Source of the DNA: Hormiphora californensis
Taxonomy: Eukaryota > Animalia > Ctenophora
DNA: 64,000 nucleotides
Direction: 5' to 3'
Assembly: GCA_020137815.1 (NCBI GenBank)
Contig: CM035357.1
Span: 1,302,001-1,366,000, forward strand
The translations under genes and the position numbers were made by a program. The notes beneath the pieces are model-generated. The model was not told the DNA's origin, ran no database searches, and was given only the letters and a program-made list of their open reading frames with translations. Below are positions 41,301-52,600 of the stretch, piece after piece (the first letter of the stretch is position 1; every line of letters starts with the position of its first letter).

Positions 41301-42972
41301 TGCCCTGCCTGCCATACCTCACCTAACCCCTCATCACATGTATAGGTTCATTAAGATCGCAACTGTATAAGTGGTAGTTTGATATGTAAAGTTATAATTA
41401 TTTCCTTCGGGTCATACTTTAGTCTGGCATACTACCACCCCCAATCAGCGCTGACTTTCGTAGTATCTGGACAGTATGATCTCGATGCCTGCGCAGGCCC
41501 TATAATATATATACAGTAGATTTTAGAAACGTGAAAGAGAAAGAAATGTGGAATGAAATGTGAAATGAAATGTGAAATGAAATGTGAAATGAAATGTGAA
41601 ATGAAATGTGAAAGTGAAGATACGTGAAACGTTTTGAAATGTGAATTGAAACGAAATATGTGAAACGTTTTGAAATGTGAATTGAAACGAGATATTGAAA
41701 TGAGAATTCAAGTGCCGAGAAAGTGCAGTTGAGATTGAATATTGAATTGAATTGAGTGTGAGCTGTACACTCAATTGAAGTTGCGATACTTATAAAGTGT
41801 GATGAACGATGAAAAGTGAGGGGATGAACCTAAATAGAAGTATATTTGTAGTTTTAGATAGCCAGAGTTAGATTTATTTGAACCGGGAGTGGGGGATCTA
41901 GGGCTGCCGTACAGCGGGGGGTGGATGTACGGTCAGCACCTTATTTCAGATCCCTAGCCCCCGGTTCCATTCATTATGTATTCATTCCATTCAGTATATG
42001 TATTCAACCTGTGATACCACTGTTAGTGCCCCCTGGAGCCGCCACCCTGTCTGCCTCCCCTTAGTTACAGAGGGGCGGTAACTGGATGGAAGTCCCAGGG
42101 CGGGCTAAGTGCATTTACAGCCACAGGTGGTATAGTGCTCTAGTTCCCCTCTATTTCACGCTTCATGATTCATTGCACCAGGCAGGGCACGTGATCATCG
42201 TGACGACCAATGAGAGCGAAGTATTGTGTTTATAAGAGAGATACCTTGGCTCGCATTGTTGAGTTCCCCCTTACTCAACAAGGCTCGCAGGGGTCGAGAG
42301 CGATTCATGTTAGTACTGAGTCTATTCGAACCACCTAAAACTTTGTCGTTATCTCCTGAAAACCCCCTTCACCACACCCCTCCTATTTCACCGAAGGTCA
42401 CCCTACAGCGTCACCTGAGATTACTGATCGGTCCTGGCCGTCATGTGTGCTTAATAGGAGGGCTTGTTACTGTATTGTTTGTTTGTCCGTCCTGTTCGTT
42501 GAGTTTGTTTTGTGCATTGTCAGGTACTGTATTTAGTCCTTTCGTATAAGTGTGTTCATGGTTATGATATTAGTGATATTGCCAACGCGACGTGTACCAG
42601 TGTGTGAGAAGGGTGTTTACTGAGTTCTGGGTGAGAAGTGTGTTTAGTGAGTTCAGTGTGATCAGTGTGTTCAGTGAGTTCGGTCTGATAAGTGAGTGTG
42701 TCAAGTGAGGTCATAGAAAGAGTGTCCGACCGAGTTTCTAACTATTATTTACAAGTCACCGTTATAGCCCTTTAGCATCACAAGTTTATTATTTATTTAT
42801 GTATTGACTTATTAGCCACTAATGGTCATTTATTCGTTTTCTGAGTGAGGAAAGAGAGCCTCTGATTATGAAGATTTGGCCTAGTGATTGGTTTTACAGT
42901 AGACAGATTGAATCTTCATGATTGGTCGTTCAGAGAATTGTATGTTCATGTTTCTGTCTAGTCACGGTTCCA

Positions 42973-43256
42973 TGTACGAACTTTCAGAGGGGAGTAGAGG
43001 GTGACTCTCACCCCAATGAGGGGGCGTATGTGCACCTGTGCACTCTCTTTATATTAGGGCTTGCTTCTTATTATATCTGTATTGTCATATTATCAGTCTT
43101 GTCATAAAGTCACATATTCATACGTGCATTCACAGAACAAGCCAGAGTGAGATAGAGTGAGATATAGAGATAGAGAGAGCTAGAGACAGATAGAGAGAGT
43201 GAGATAGAGTGAGATATAGAGATAGAGAGAGATAGATAGAGAGAGAGAGTGTGTGA

Positions 43257-43333
<77 letters not shown>

Positions 43334-44675
43334 GTTGGCAGTTAAGTCGTGGTGAGACGCTACGTCCGGTTTGGAGTGGTCCCTAATAGGCGTAGCTCCT
43401 CCCAGTTAGTGTGGCAACATGAATTAACTGTCAGTCCGTGAGTCTCGCGAGGAGTAGCGCAGAGTTAGAGTGAGATGATGAGAGAAGAGAGAGTTGGAGA
43501 GATTTAGAGTCTGAGAGTTGGAGAGATTTAGAGAGAGAATGTGTTTGAGATAGAGAGAGTCAGAGTGAGAGTGATACCTTAACCCTTTGGGACCGATAGT
43601 GGCGCCATCGACAGAAATATCTGAAAATTGCTGGAGACACTCCTAACAAGCCTACTTGAAAGCAGAACCAAAAAACTCGTCTCTACGAACTTTGTTTCTA
43701 TGGGGTCACCAGTGACCCTATCGGTCTCAAATGGAATGCAAACAATTGAGATTTCGTAGCTATTTTGCCTCATAACTCGAAAACCGCTCATCTTAGACCC
43801 TATGTTTCTTCATAACACTTATATAAACCCGGCCATTCTGCACATTTTACACACCCTATGGACCTCTGTATCTCATCTGTAGCCGATTTTAGAATTTCAA
43901 ATTGGCCGAGATGAAAATTTTTATGAAGGAGCACGAATCTCAAAAAATTTTCAGCGACTCTCTAAGATGTATAGATAACACTGATGGAGTCGGTTAGTCG
44001 CTAGCACCCGTTTGAAAAATGCCGTTTTAGACCTTTATCGGTGGCCAATCCTTTAGAAATGCACGTAAAATCCAAATTTCTATATTAGCGTTAGGGGACG
44101 ATAGGGTCACTGGTGACCCCGGCATTATTTGCCCTCTGAGCGTTGTAAATTTGATCAAATCATCACGAAACTTCATACCGGGGTAAAACCTATGGTTTTC
44201 TTTTGATTTGTAGGTCCATTATTGGCTTACTTATACCGTTTTAGAGATATGGCCAACTTTACACCAAAATTTCAACTTTTATGGCTTAGAGTTGGCATTT
44301 CTAGTAAACTAAGATGTTCAAAGCTTAAAATGACCCCAAAAACAGCCAAAAAGTGTCTATTCTAACCCGGAAAACCATTTAAACTTCTTAGATTTAGTTC
44401 GGACAGACGCTAGATGCATAATTAGCGTGGGGTCACTGGTGACCCTATCGGTCTCAAAGGGATAATGTAGAGTGAGAGAATGCCAGAGGAAGAGGAGTAT
44501 TTTTTGAGGAGATGAAGTCAAGAAGATTCAGATTGCAATGTACTTTTAAGATTCTGTACAACCTGTTCGATATACCGTTAGTGGTCCCAGTATCTTTGAA
44601 GTTTTGAATTCGTTACCAACGGAAACAACATGGGAGCATACAATCATGAATCCCCCTACCGCAACCAGCGGGACA
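42973..44675 (-). mobile_element. 5' LTR of minus-strand LTR retrotransposon B; its internal region is interrupted by element A
   Basis: TGT...ACA ends, immediately followed on the minus strand by PBS TGGAACCGTGACT (tRNA-His-like); homologous to 37253-38383. Confidence 0.7.
43583..44461. mobile_element. Non-autonomous piggyBac-type element inside LTR B
   Basis: TIR CCCTTTG(G/A)GACCGATAG, flanks TTAA/ATAA, and the empty site is present in the other LTR copy. Confidence 0.88.
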
Positions 44676-45019
44676 AAACATACACTTTTTTTACTAATTT
44701 GCGGATGTTTTGAGCCTCCGATGTCATCGACTGTGGAAATCAGGGCTGAAATAGTCCATTTGGTAAAGAAAAATATGAACTTTAGACAACGGTAAAGTTT
44801 TTAGAGTGATATTAAAAGTATTGTGCCTCTCAGAGGCCCCCAATGTGCTGAGTCACCTGTGAGTTGTGACCCAATCGACTTTTTTTTCATTGTTAATCGA
44901 TTCTTTGTACTTGATAAGATGATATAAAACGTTTCTGTTGGAAAATAAATAAAATTTTTCCAAAATCAATTTTTTGGTCAAAGATTGAAAATTTGCTTCG
45001 CTACAAATCCTTGTGTTTT

Positions 45020-45350
45020 TGTAAATATTTTGTAACAATTTGTAACACTTTGTAACACTATGTAACACTTTGTGACACTTTGTAACACTATGTAACACTT
45101 TGTAACACTATGTAACACTTTGTAACACTATGTAACACTTTGTAACACTATGTAACACTTTGTAACACTATGTAACACTTTGTAACACTTTGTAACACTA
45201 TGTAACACTATGTAACACTATGTAACACTATGTAACACTTTGTAACACTATGTAACACTTTGTAACACTTTGTAACATGTAACGTGCACAAAAAGTTTTC
45301 TGCACATGTTACAAAGTGTTACAAAGTGTTACGTGTCACCCCCCCCCCCC
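45020..45350. repeat. (TGTAACACTT/TGTAACACTA)n array ending in a poly-C MITE terminus; same family as 49764-50085 and ~36740-37200
   Basis: Shared GTGTTACGTGTCACCCCCC end and 10-bp internal repeats. Confidence 0.8.
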
Positions 45351-45572
45351 ATTTTGGATTGATTGGATTGCAACCGGTACTGGCGGCTCCAGTTAGTTTG
45401 TCTTGATCATGAACAATCCTTCATTAATTGGCTGACCAGTTACAACCAAACCCCTGTACAAGTAGAACATCAAAACACGTGTTTTATTTCGGGAGAAGCA
45501 GATACCACTCCCGCCGAGCAAGTACAAATATTTTACACACACATTACACATCAACGTGATCTCTGACAGTCT

Positions 45573-48500
45573 CTAACACTTCTCAAGAAGCAGAGCAATA
45601 CCCTGACCTCCGCCAATACAGGCACTGCCAATACCATACTGAACCCCTTGGTGCCTCATCTCGTATATAAGGTTGGACGTGATCCTCGTGCCTGGGAAAC
45701 AGAGAATATTAATATCTAGTAATTAATGTTTCGTAAAATTAAAACAAGGAAAGGGGTAGGAGCTATTATTAGGGGCAGGTACCAAGCTACTAAAAAAGCA
45801 GGGTTGTCAAATACCCATAATTTAGGAGCATCTGTTGGGGTTTTCGATAAGATAACATTGTAGTCTAGAAAATTAAAATATCATATACCATGGTTACCAC
45901 GGTTACTAAAACTCACCAGAAGCGGCTAGGGGATGTCCCAGAGCGATGGCTCCTCCATTAACATTAGTCCTCTCGTTATCCAGACCTAGCTCCTTGCTAA
46001 CTGCGAGGAACTGAGCTGCAAAGGCCTCGTTAACATCCACCAAGCCAATATCATCAATAGTAAGTCCTGTCTTAGTTAGGAGTTGTTGGATAGCTGGAAC
46101 TGGGCCAATTCCCATAATAGTGGGGCAAACACCCGCCACACTGTACCCAGCGAGGCGGGCCAGGGGAGTCAGGTTGTGGGCTGTGCAGGCGGCTTCTGAG
46201 GCAACCAAGATCATACCTGCACCGTCACAGATACCTGGGATGGGAGGTTGGGGTTACTAGAGAGTGGGGTTGTGTGTGGGGGTCGGGTCACTAGAGTCTA
46301 GAGAGTGGGATCGGGGTTGGAAATGAAACACTAGGTCTAGACTAGAGTAGGGTGGGGACCACCGGTACGTATGAGGGGGAAGTTTAAATACAAAAAGGGT
46401 GACCTCGCCGTGATCACGGTGAAGGGCCTTCCCCCTACCTACCGGAAGCATTTGCTGCGGTCACCACTCCATTCTTCTTAAATACAGGTGGTAGTTTAGC
46501 CATGGCAGCGGGGGTAACATCGACACGAGGGTGTTCGTCAACTGACATCTCCACTGGTCCTTTCTTGGATTTCACTGTCACGGGGGCAATCTCATCAGCA
46601 AACCTGCCGGGATAGGGTGGTCAAGGAGATAAACCTGGGGGAGGGGTGCCGGGTGGTTTAATGGGTTAGGGAGACGAGTTGAGGGTGGTTTACGGGGCCA
46701 ATGCTGAATGCTCTGACCGCTGTTCCTCTATAGATTCGAGAATTATAGGGCCATACCAGGCAATGTTCAGGGTTTGATTAGATTCTTGCAATAAGGTATG
46801 GCCGGGAGTAGCACTCAGCTGTCTATTGCTTGATAATGGTTTCAAAGTATCAGTCAGGGGTACTGAACAGTTGAAAAAAGGACTATTATAGTACCAGGAA
46901 CCGACCGAATCAGGAAATACTAGTCCCTGATTGGCTGATAACCAGTCACGTGACCTAAATAACGAGCTCTGATTGGTTGCTTATTTGTTTCGGTCGGTTC
47001 CTGTATTATAGTACCTGCCAGCCTGTTGAGCAGCTCCCCATCGCTGTTGAGATTGGATGGCATATGCATCACACTCCTCCCTGCTGATGTTGTGTTGTTC
47101 TGCGAGGTTCTCTGCGGTGATTGCCATGGGCATCTTGACATGGGCATCCTCTAGTGATCCCCACAGAGAATCTTCAAACTGTTGGGAGGAGGGAGGAGGG
47201 TTGGGTTAGGTAGTGAATATATATAACTATTGTAGGCAGACTGAGAAATCAAATTTGCCCCCTCTGCGACTGAAATGCATAGCTAGAGTTTAGAGGTTGG
47301 TCTGTTGAGAACCTATTGATATGAAAGATGGAACTGATTGTTTACCGGGGGCATAGTTCCAAAGGGAATTCCAAATCGGGCATCCCTGATTAGGTATGGC
47401 ATCTGTGTCATATTCTCAGAGCCACCAGCTGCTACAATACTAGACTCTCCTGATGGGTTGGTTTAGGTGGGAAATAGTTAGTTCCCCTCAACAATTGATA
47501 ATTTCCCCCGGGGAAATTTTCCCCGACTAAACGTTCACAAAACTACTGCAACCCCTAAATTCTAAACATACTCTTGCTCTCAGCAGTCAGGGGGACCTAC
47601 CGAACTTGACCCCCTTCTAACCATACCACTGCTCTCAAACCACCTACCTAATTTGATCTCCTGAGCAGCATTAACGACACTCTGAAACCCAGATCCGCAC
47701 AGTCTGTTAATCATGTAAGCTGGCCGCTCCTTGGGAACACCACACCTGTAGGGGGTGAACAAGGTGTCCATTGTTTGTTTGGTATTTTGAAGGAGTCCAT
47801 TGTTTGTTTGGTATTTTGAAGGAGTCCATCGTCTGTTTGGTATTTTCAAGGAGTCCATCGTCTGCTTGGTATTTTCAAGGAGTCAATTGTTTGTTTGGTA
47901 TTTTCAAGGTGTCCATTGTTTGTTTGGTATTTTGAAGGAGTCCATTGTTTGTTTGGTATTTTCAAGGTGTCCATCGTCTGTTTGGTATTTTCAAGGTGTC
48001 CATCGTCTGTTTGGTATTTTCAAGGTGTCCATCGTTTGTTTGTAAGTTTCAACTGTGTAGTTTGTACTTGTCAGTATGAGTTTGTTGTCAGTATGAGTTT
48101 GTTATCTAATGTTCAAGTAGTTGTCTGGTTGTTGTTGTTCCAGTTGTTGTTCGTCTAGTTACTAGTTGTTCGTCTAGTTACTAGTTGTACCTGAGAGCAG
48201 TGTGTCGGGCTGAGTAGATGCCCTCTTTTGAAGTAACTGGGCAGACATTTCCAACCACTGTAGAGTCGATCTGTTCACCGGTCAGACCTGTTATAAGAAG
48301 TTTGTTTAGTGAGGGGTCAGAGTGGAGTAAGGGGTGGGATAAGAAGTTTGTTTAGTGAGGGGTCAGAGTGTAGTAAGGGGTGGGATAAGAAGTTTCTTTA
48401 GTGAGGGGTCAGAGTGGAGTAAGGGGTGGGATAAGAAGTGTGTTTAGTGAGGGGTCAGAGTGGAGTAAGGGATGAGATAAGAAGTGTGTTTAGTGAGGGG

Positions 48501-49341
48501 TCACAGTGGAGTAAGGGGTGGGATAAGAAGTGTGTTTAGTGAGGGGTCAGAGTGGAGTAAGGGGTGGGATAAGAAGTTTGTTTAGTGAGGGGTCAGAGTG
48601 GAGTAAGGGGTGGGATAAGAAGTTTGTTTAGTGAGGGGTCAGAGTGGAGTAAGGGGTGGGATAAGAAGTGTGTTTAGTGAGGGGTCAGAGTGGAGTAAGG
48701 GATGAGATAAGAAGTTTGTTTAGTGAGGGGTCAGAGTGGAGTAAGGGGTGGGATAAGAAGTGTGTTTAGTGAGGGGTCAGAGTGGAGTAATGGGTGGGAT
48801 AAGAAGTTTCTTTAGTGAGGGGTCAGAGTGGAGTAAGGGATGAGATAAGAAGTGTGTTTAGTGAGGGGTCAGAGTGGAGTAAGGGATGAGATAAGAAGTT
48901 TGTTTAGTGAGGGGTCAGAGTGGAGTAAGGGGTGGGATAAGAAGTGTGTTTAGTGAGGGGTCAGAGTGGAGTAAGGGGTGGGATAAGAAGTGTGTTTAGT
49001 GAGGGGTCAGAGTGGAGTAAGGGGTGGGATAAGAAGTTGGTTAAGTTCGCAGCTGGAATATCAAACTCTTTGACAGATCCACAATGGTACAAACTAGAAT
49101 TTTTATGCAGTAGGGTGCAGTTTTTCATACTACAACACTGTAAAATCGGCTCAGTTCAGAGAGGACAGTCTTTTGAGAGAAAATTAACATCGCGGAAACA
49201 TCTTTTAAAACACGTACCAGCTTGGGTTAGTGCAGATTTAAAGGCAACCTCAGTGAGGTCAGTGATTGTTTTCTTCTTGAATGCTCCACCAAACTTCCCA
49301 AATGGGGTCCTCTTGGCAGCTACTACAAACACACCAGACAT
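45573..49341 (-). CDS. ACAA2: Mitochondrial 3-ketoacyl-CoA thiolase, multi-exon
   Basis: MSGVFVVAAKRTPFG, INRLCGSGFQS (catalytic Cys), VNEAFA, NVNGGAIALGHPLAASG, GSACIGGGQGIALLLEKC*. Confidence 0.92.
46895..47003. mobile_element. ~110-bp MITE (CAGGAACCGACCGAA TIR); another copy at ~10325-10430
   Basis: TIRs plus 11-bp TSD TATTATAGTAC (Mutator-like length). Confidence 0.8.
47762..48042. repeat. ~29-bp intronic minisatellite in ACAA2
   Basis: GTCCATTGTTTGTTTGGTATTTTCAAG repeated about ten times. Confidence 0.95.
48293..49038. repeat. 46-bp intronic minisatellite (~16 copies) abutting an ACAA2 acceptor
   Basis: ATAAGAAGTTTGTTTAGTGAGGGGTCAGAGTGGAGTAAGGGGTGGG units. Confidence 0.97.
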
Positions 49342-49640
49342 GATATTGCTATATAATAGGGTGGATTATTAATGGGACATGGTATTGCAGGACGCTATAT
49401 ATCAAATAGTAGGGTGGATTATTAATGGGACATGATATTGCAGGGCGCTATATCAAATAGTGGGGTGGGCTAATATATCGGTATTATTCTTGGGAGATGG
49501 GGAGGATCATATCAATTGTACAGTGGAGGAGGCGTTATGAAACTGGAAAGGAAGGGGAAGAAACCAAGGGTAAATGAAAACAAGTTTTTCTCTAGATGTA
49601 AGATATCAAAGAAAAAATAAATTAAAAAGGGATGTGAATG

Positions 49641-52600
49641 CTAGCTTAATTCCAAAGCTTTTATCTCCGCTAACAATACTCCTTCCGTCTTAATTTTCTC
49701 CAGTTGATTTTTCTCCAACTCCTTGCCCTCCTTCTGCTGCTCCTTCAGTTTGGTAACCTAGTAGGGGGGGGGGGGGGTGACACGTAACACTTTGTAACAC
49801 TTTGTAACATGTAACGTGCACAAAATATTTTCTGCACATGTTACAAAGTGTTACAAGCGTTACAAAGTGTTACAAAGTGTTACAAAATGTTGCAAAATGT
49901 TGTAAAATGTTGCAAAATGTTGCAAAAAATGCCCATTTTGTAACATTTTGTAACACTTTGTAACATTTTGTAACACTTTGTAACATTTTGTAACACTTTG
50001 TAACACTTTGTAACATGTAACGTGCACAAAAAGTTTTCTGCACATGTTACAAAGTGTTACAAAGTGTTACGTGTCACCCCCCCCCTAGTAGTAGGGGTGA
50101 TGTAGTTTGGTAACCTAGTAGTAGGGGTGATGTAGTTTGGTAACCTAGTAGTAGGGGTGATGTAGTTTGGTAACCTAGTAGTAGGGGTGATGTAGTTTGG
50201 TAACCTAGTAGTAGGGGTGATGTAGTTTGGTAACCTAGTAGTAGGGGTGATGTAGTTTGGTAACCTAGTAGTAGGGGTGATGTAGTTTGGGGAAGATATA
50301 TGATTGGATTGACAAAGCTTTTAGCGGCTTGGAGACAGATCTGAGAATCTCATCTGTGTATAAAGGAGTCAACATTGCATACCAGGGTGACGTTGACGGA
50401 GGCATAAAATCGGGTTGGGGGGTATAAAATCACATCATACCTGGAAGAGTTTCTTTTTCAAGTTCCTGATTTTCTTCTCCTTCTCATCAACTCCAGTGGT
50501 AACTGGTGCGGCCTGTGTCGTCACACCCCTCTCCCATTTCCCATTATCATCCTGTTTATTCTCTCTTTTCTTCTGGTTTCTTATGGCGTTCTTGGACGGC
50601 TGGTTCATCTGTGTAGTGTTCGATGTTATATTACTATTAGGGCTGTATTAGGGTTGGGTTTTACCTGTCTGGCGCCGCGACCCCATCAGAGTGCACTGAG
50701 CGAGAATCAAATTGGGGTCTGGCGCCGCCAGACAGGGTTTTACCAAAATACATGTACCAGAACGCCCTAGCAATACTCAATAGCGACGTATCTCAGGTTC
50801 CTATGACGTCCATATCGGAAATCCCCTAATATATATAACTTTTACCTGAGCATCATGGCCTGGTTTGTAGACCCCGGATTTGTTGACGTTAGGAAGAGGA
50901 CCACCGTGATCAATGAGAGATCGCTGGGCTGCCGGGGCTCTGTCCCGGGATCCCGGGGGTCGGTACGCCTGGGGTTTTGAAGCAGCTATCTCCTGGGTGG
51001 TCAAGGGTCGAGGAATTGCTGGCGCGGGTAGGACATTAGGGGGCTGGACCCATTTCAGCTGCCATAGTTGGGTCTCTGGGGTTGCAACTTTTTGGTGGAG
51101 GAGAATCTTGCCACTAACGTTCCACACTTTGAATTCGTTGTCTTGACGCAGACGGGGAGAGAGTGTTCCTAGGAGAGGGGGGATTATTGATTGTGAGATT
51201 TTTGGAGAGAGAGAGAGGGTTGAGCAAGGAAAATCTTCTGGTGGAGCTAATAACATTTAAAATACATCACCAACCTGCTAGGAAGATATCACCAGAGGGA
51301 GACCACTCAAAGAAGGTAGTATCAGCAGCAGTGAAGTCAGATAGAAGCTTCTTGTTCTCCATACTAAAGAACTTCATCTTACCACGGAGGTTACCAAACC
51401 CACATAGACCGACCTAGAGGAAACAAGGGGTTAGATCCCACATAGACCGACCTAGATCAAGGGGAGAAAACAAGGTTTTAGATCTACCTAGATGCGGGGG
51501 GGGGGAGGGGGATTTGTGTGGTTTAGGAACTCCTCGGTATAAGGAATTAAATACAAAAACAGGGAAAGAAGCTGATATCACTAACCATATTTCCCTGAGG
51601 GTTAAATAGAATCTCATTGTAGTGGCCGTCCCCGAACTGGTGAGTGGGATCACATTTCGTATTGAATAGAGTTGCTCTGGGGAAGAAATGAAGGTTTCAG
51701 TTTAGAAAAGTCTAGTATTTTCAATTGAATGAGAGAAATTGTTTTGATCAGTTGCCATGGGCGAACCCCGTGCTAGGAAAAATAACCGATTCTCATGCCT
51801 TCCCACATGGTAACACATCAAGGGTGACTACACGAATACAAATCTTCTAACCTGCAGGGCATGAACCCGTAGAGAACTATAAATTCATCCCGAGAGGGAT
51901 TCCACTCCACGGAGTAAACTGGTCCGTTCTTGTTAAGTACAATCTGATTGCTCTCTCCTCCCGTTGTAATGAAATAGAGCAGCGTCTGACCATAATAACT
52001 GGGGAGAGGGGTGTTTTTGATAGTTATTGTAGAGAATAAATATTACCGGACCTCGATTTACCGGACGTCTAGGTACAAAAACATTTCCTCCGGTAAATCG
52101 AGGTTTGTGTTGTACAAATTAAGGTAAAATGAGCTGTACAAATTAAGGTGAAATGTACAACAGGACAGAGCTAGGAAAGAACCGCAAGATAAATAGATGG
52201 AATACAGAATAAAATGAAAGGAGAGAGGGAGGGGTATATTGTTTCAGAATGATATGAAATTCAGGGACGGGGGAAGTCGAACTACCACTTCGCAAATCAC
52301 TTTTGCAAAGAGGAGAGAAGCGCTAGCTTTGCATTCAAGTCACGGGAATCGGCAAGAAAGGAAGGACATGGATTTGCCAACATTTTATGAGGTGAGGTTG
52401 TAAAAGGTACGCACCACACAAGGATTTTAACTCTTTGCCCTCGTCTTTCATTGAGAGACACAGGCAAAAATTTGAAATTCTTGTTGTTGGCAGCACTAAC
52501 AACTGTCAGAGCAGTGGCCTGACAGACTAACAACGAACCTGGTTCCACTTTTGTCAACGTCACTAGCAGCCTGAATAATTCCATACTTTCCCGACTTATT

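Larger units (their letters stand above)
32679..42407 (+). mobile_element. Gypsy/Ty3-type LTR retrotransposon A, degraded; LTRs 32679-33816 and 41926-42407
   Basis: Matching TGT...ACA LTRs, 4-bp TSD GCGT on both outer sides, PBS TGGTGGCCACGCAGGGG at 33819 (tRNA-Ile-like, by inference), purine tract before the 3' LTR; the 5' LTR carries a ~660-bp insertion at a TATA site (~32753-33412). Confidence 0.9.

Noticed and set aside
48293-49038. Regular arrays resembling CRISPR
   Set aside because: Head-to-tail repeats without unique spacers, in eukaryotic introns, no cas genes
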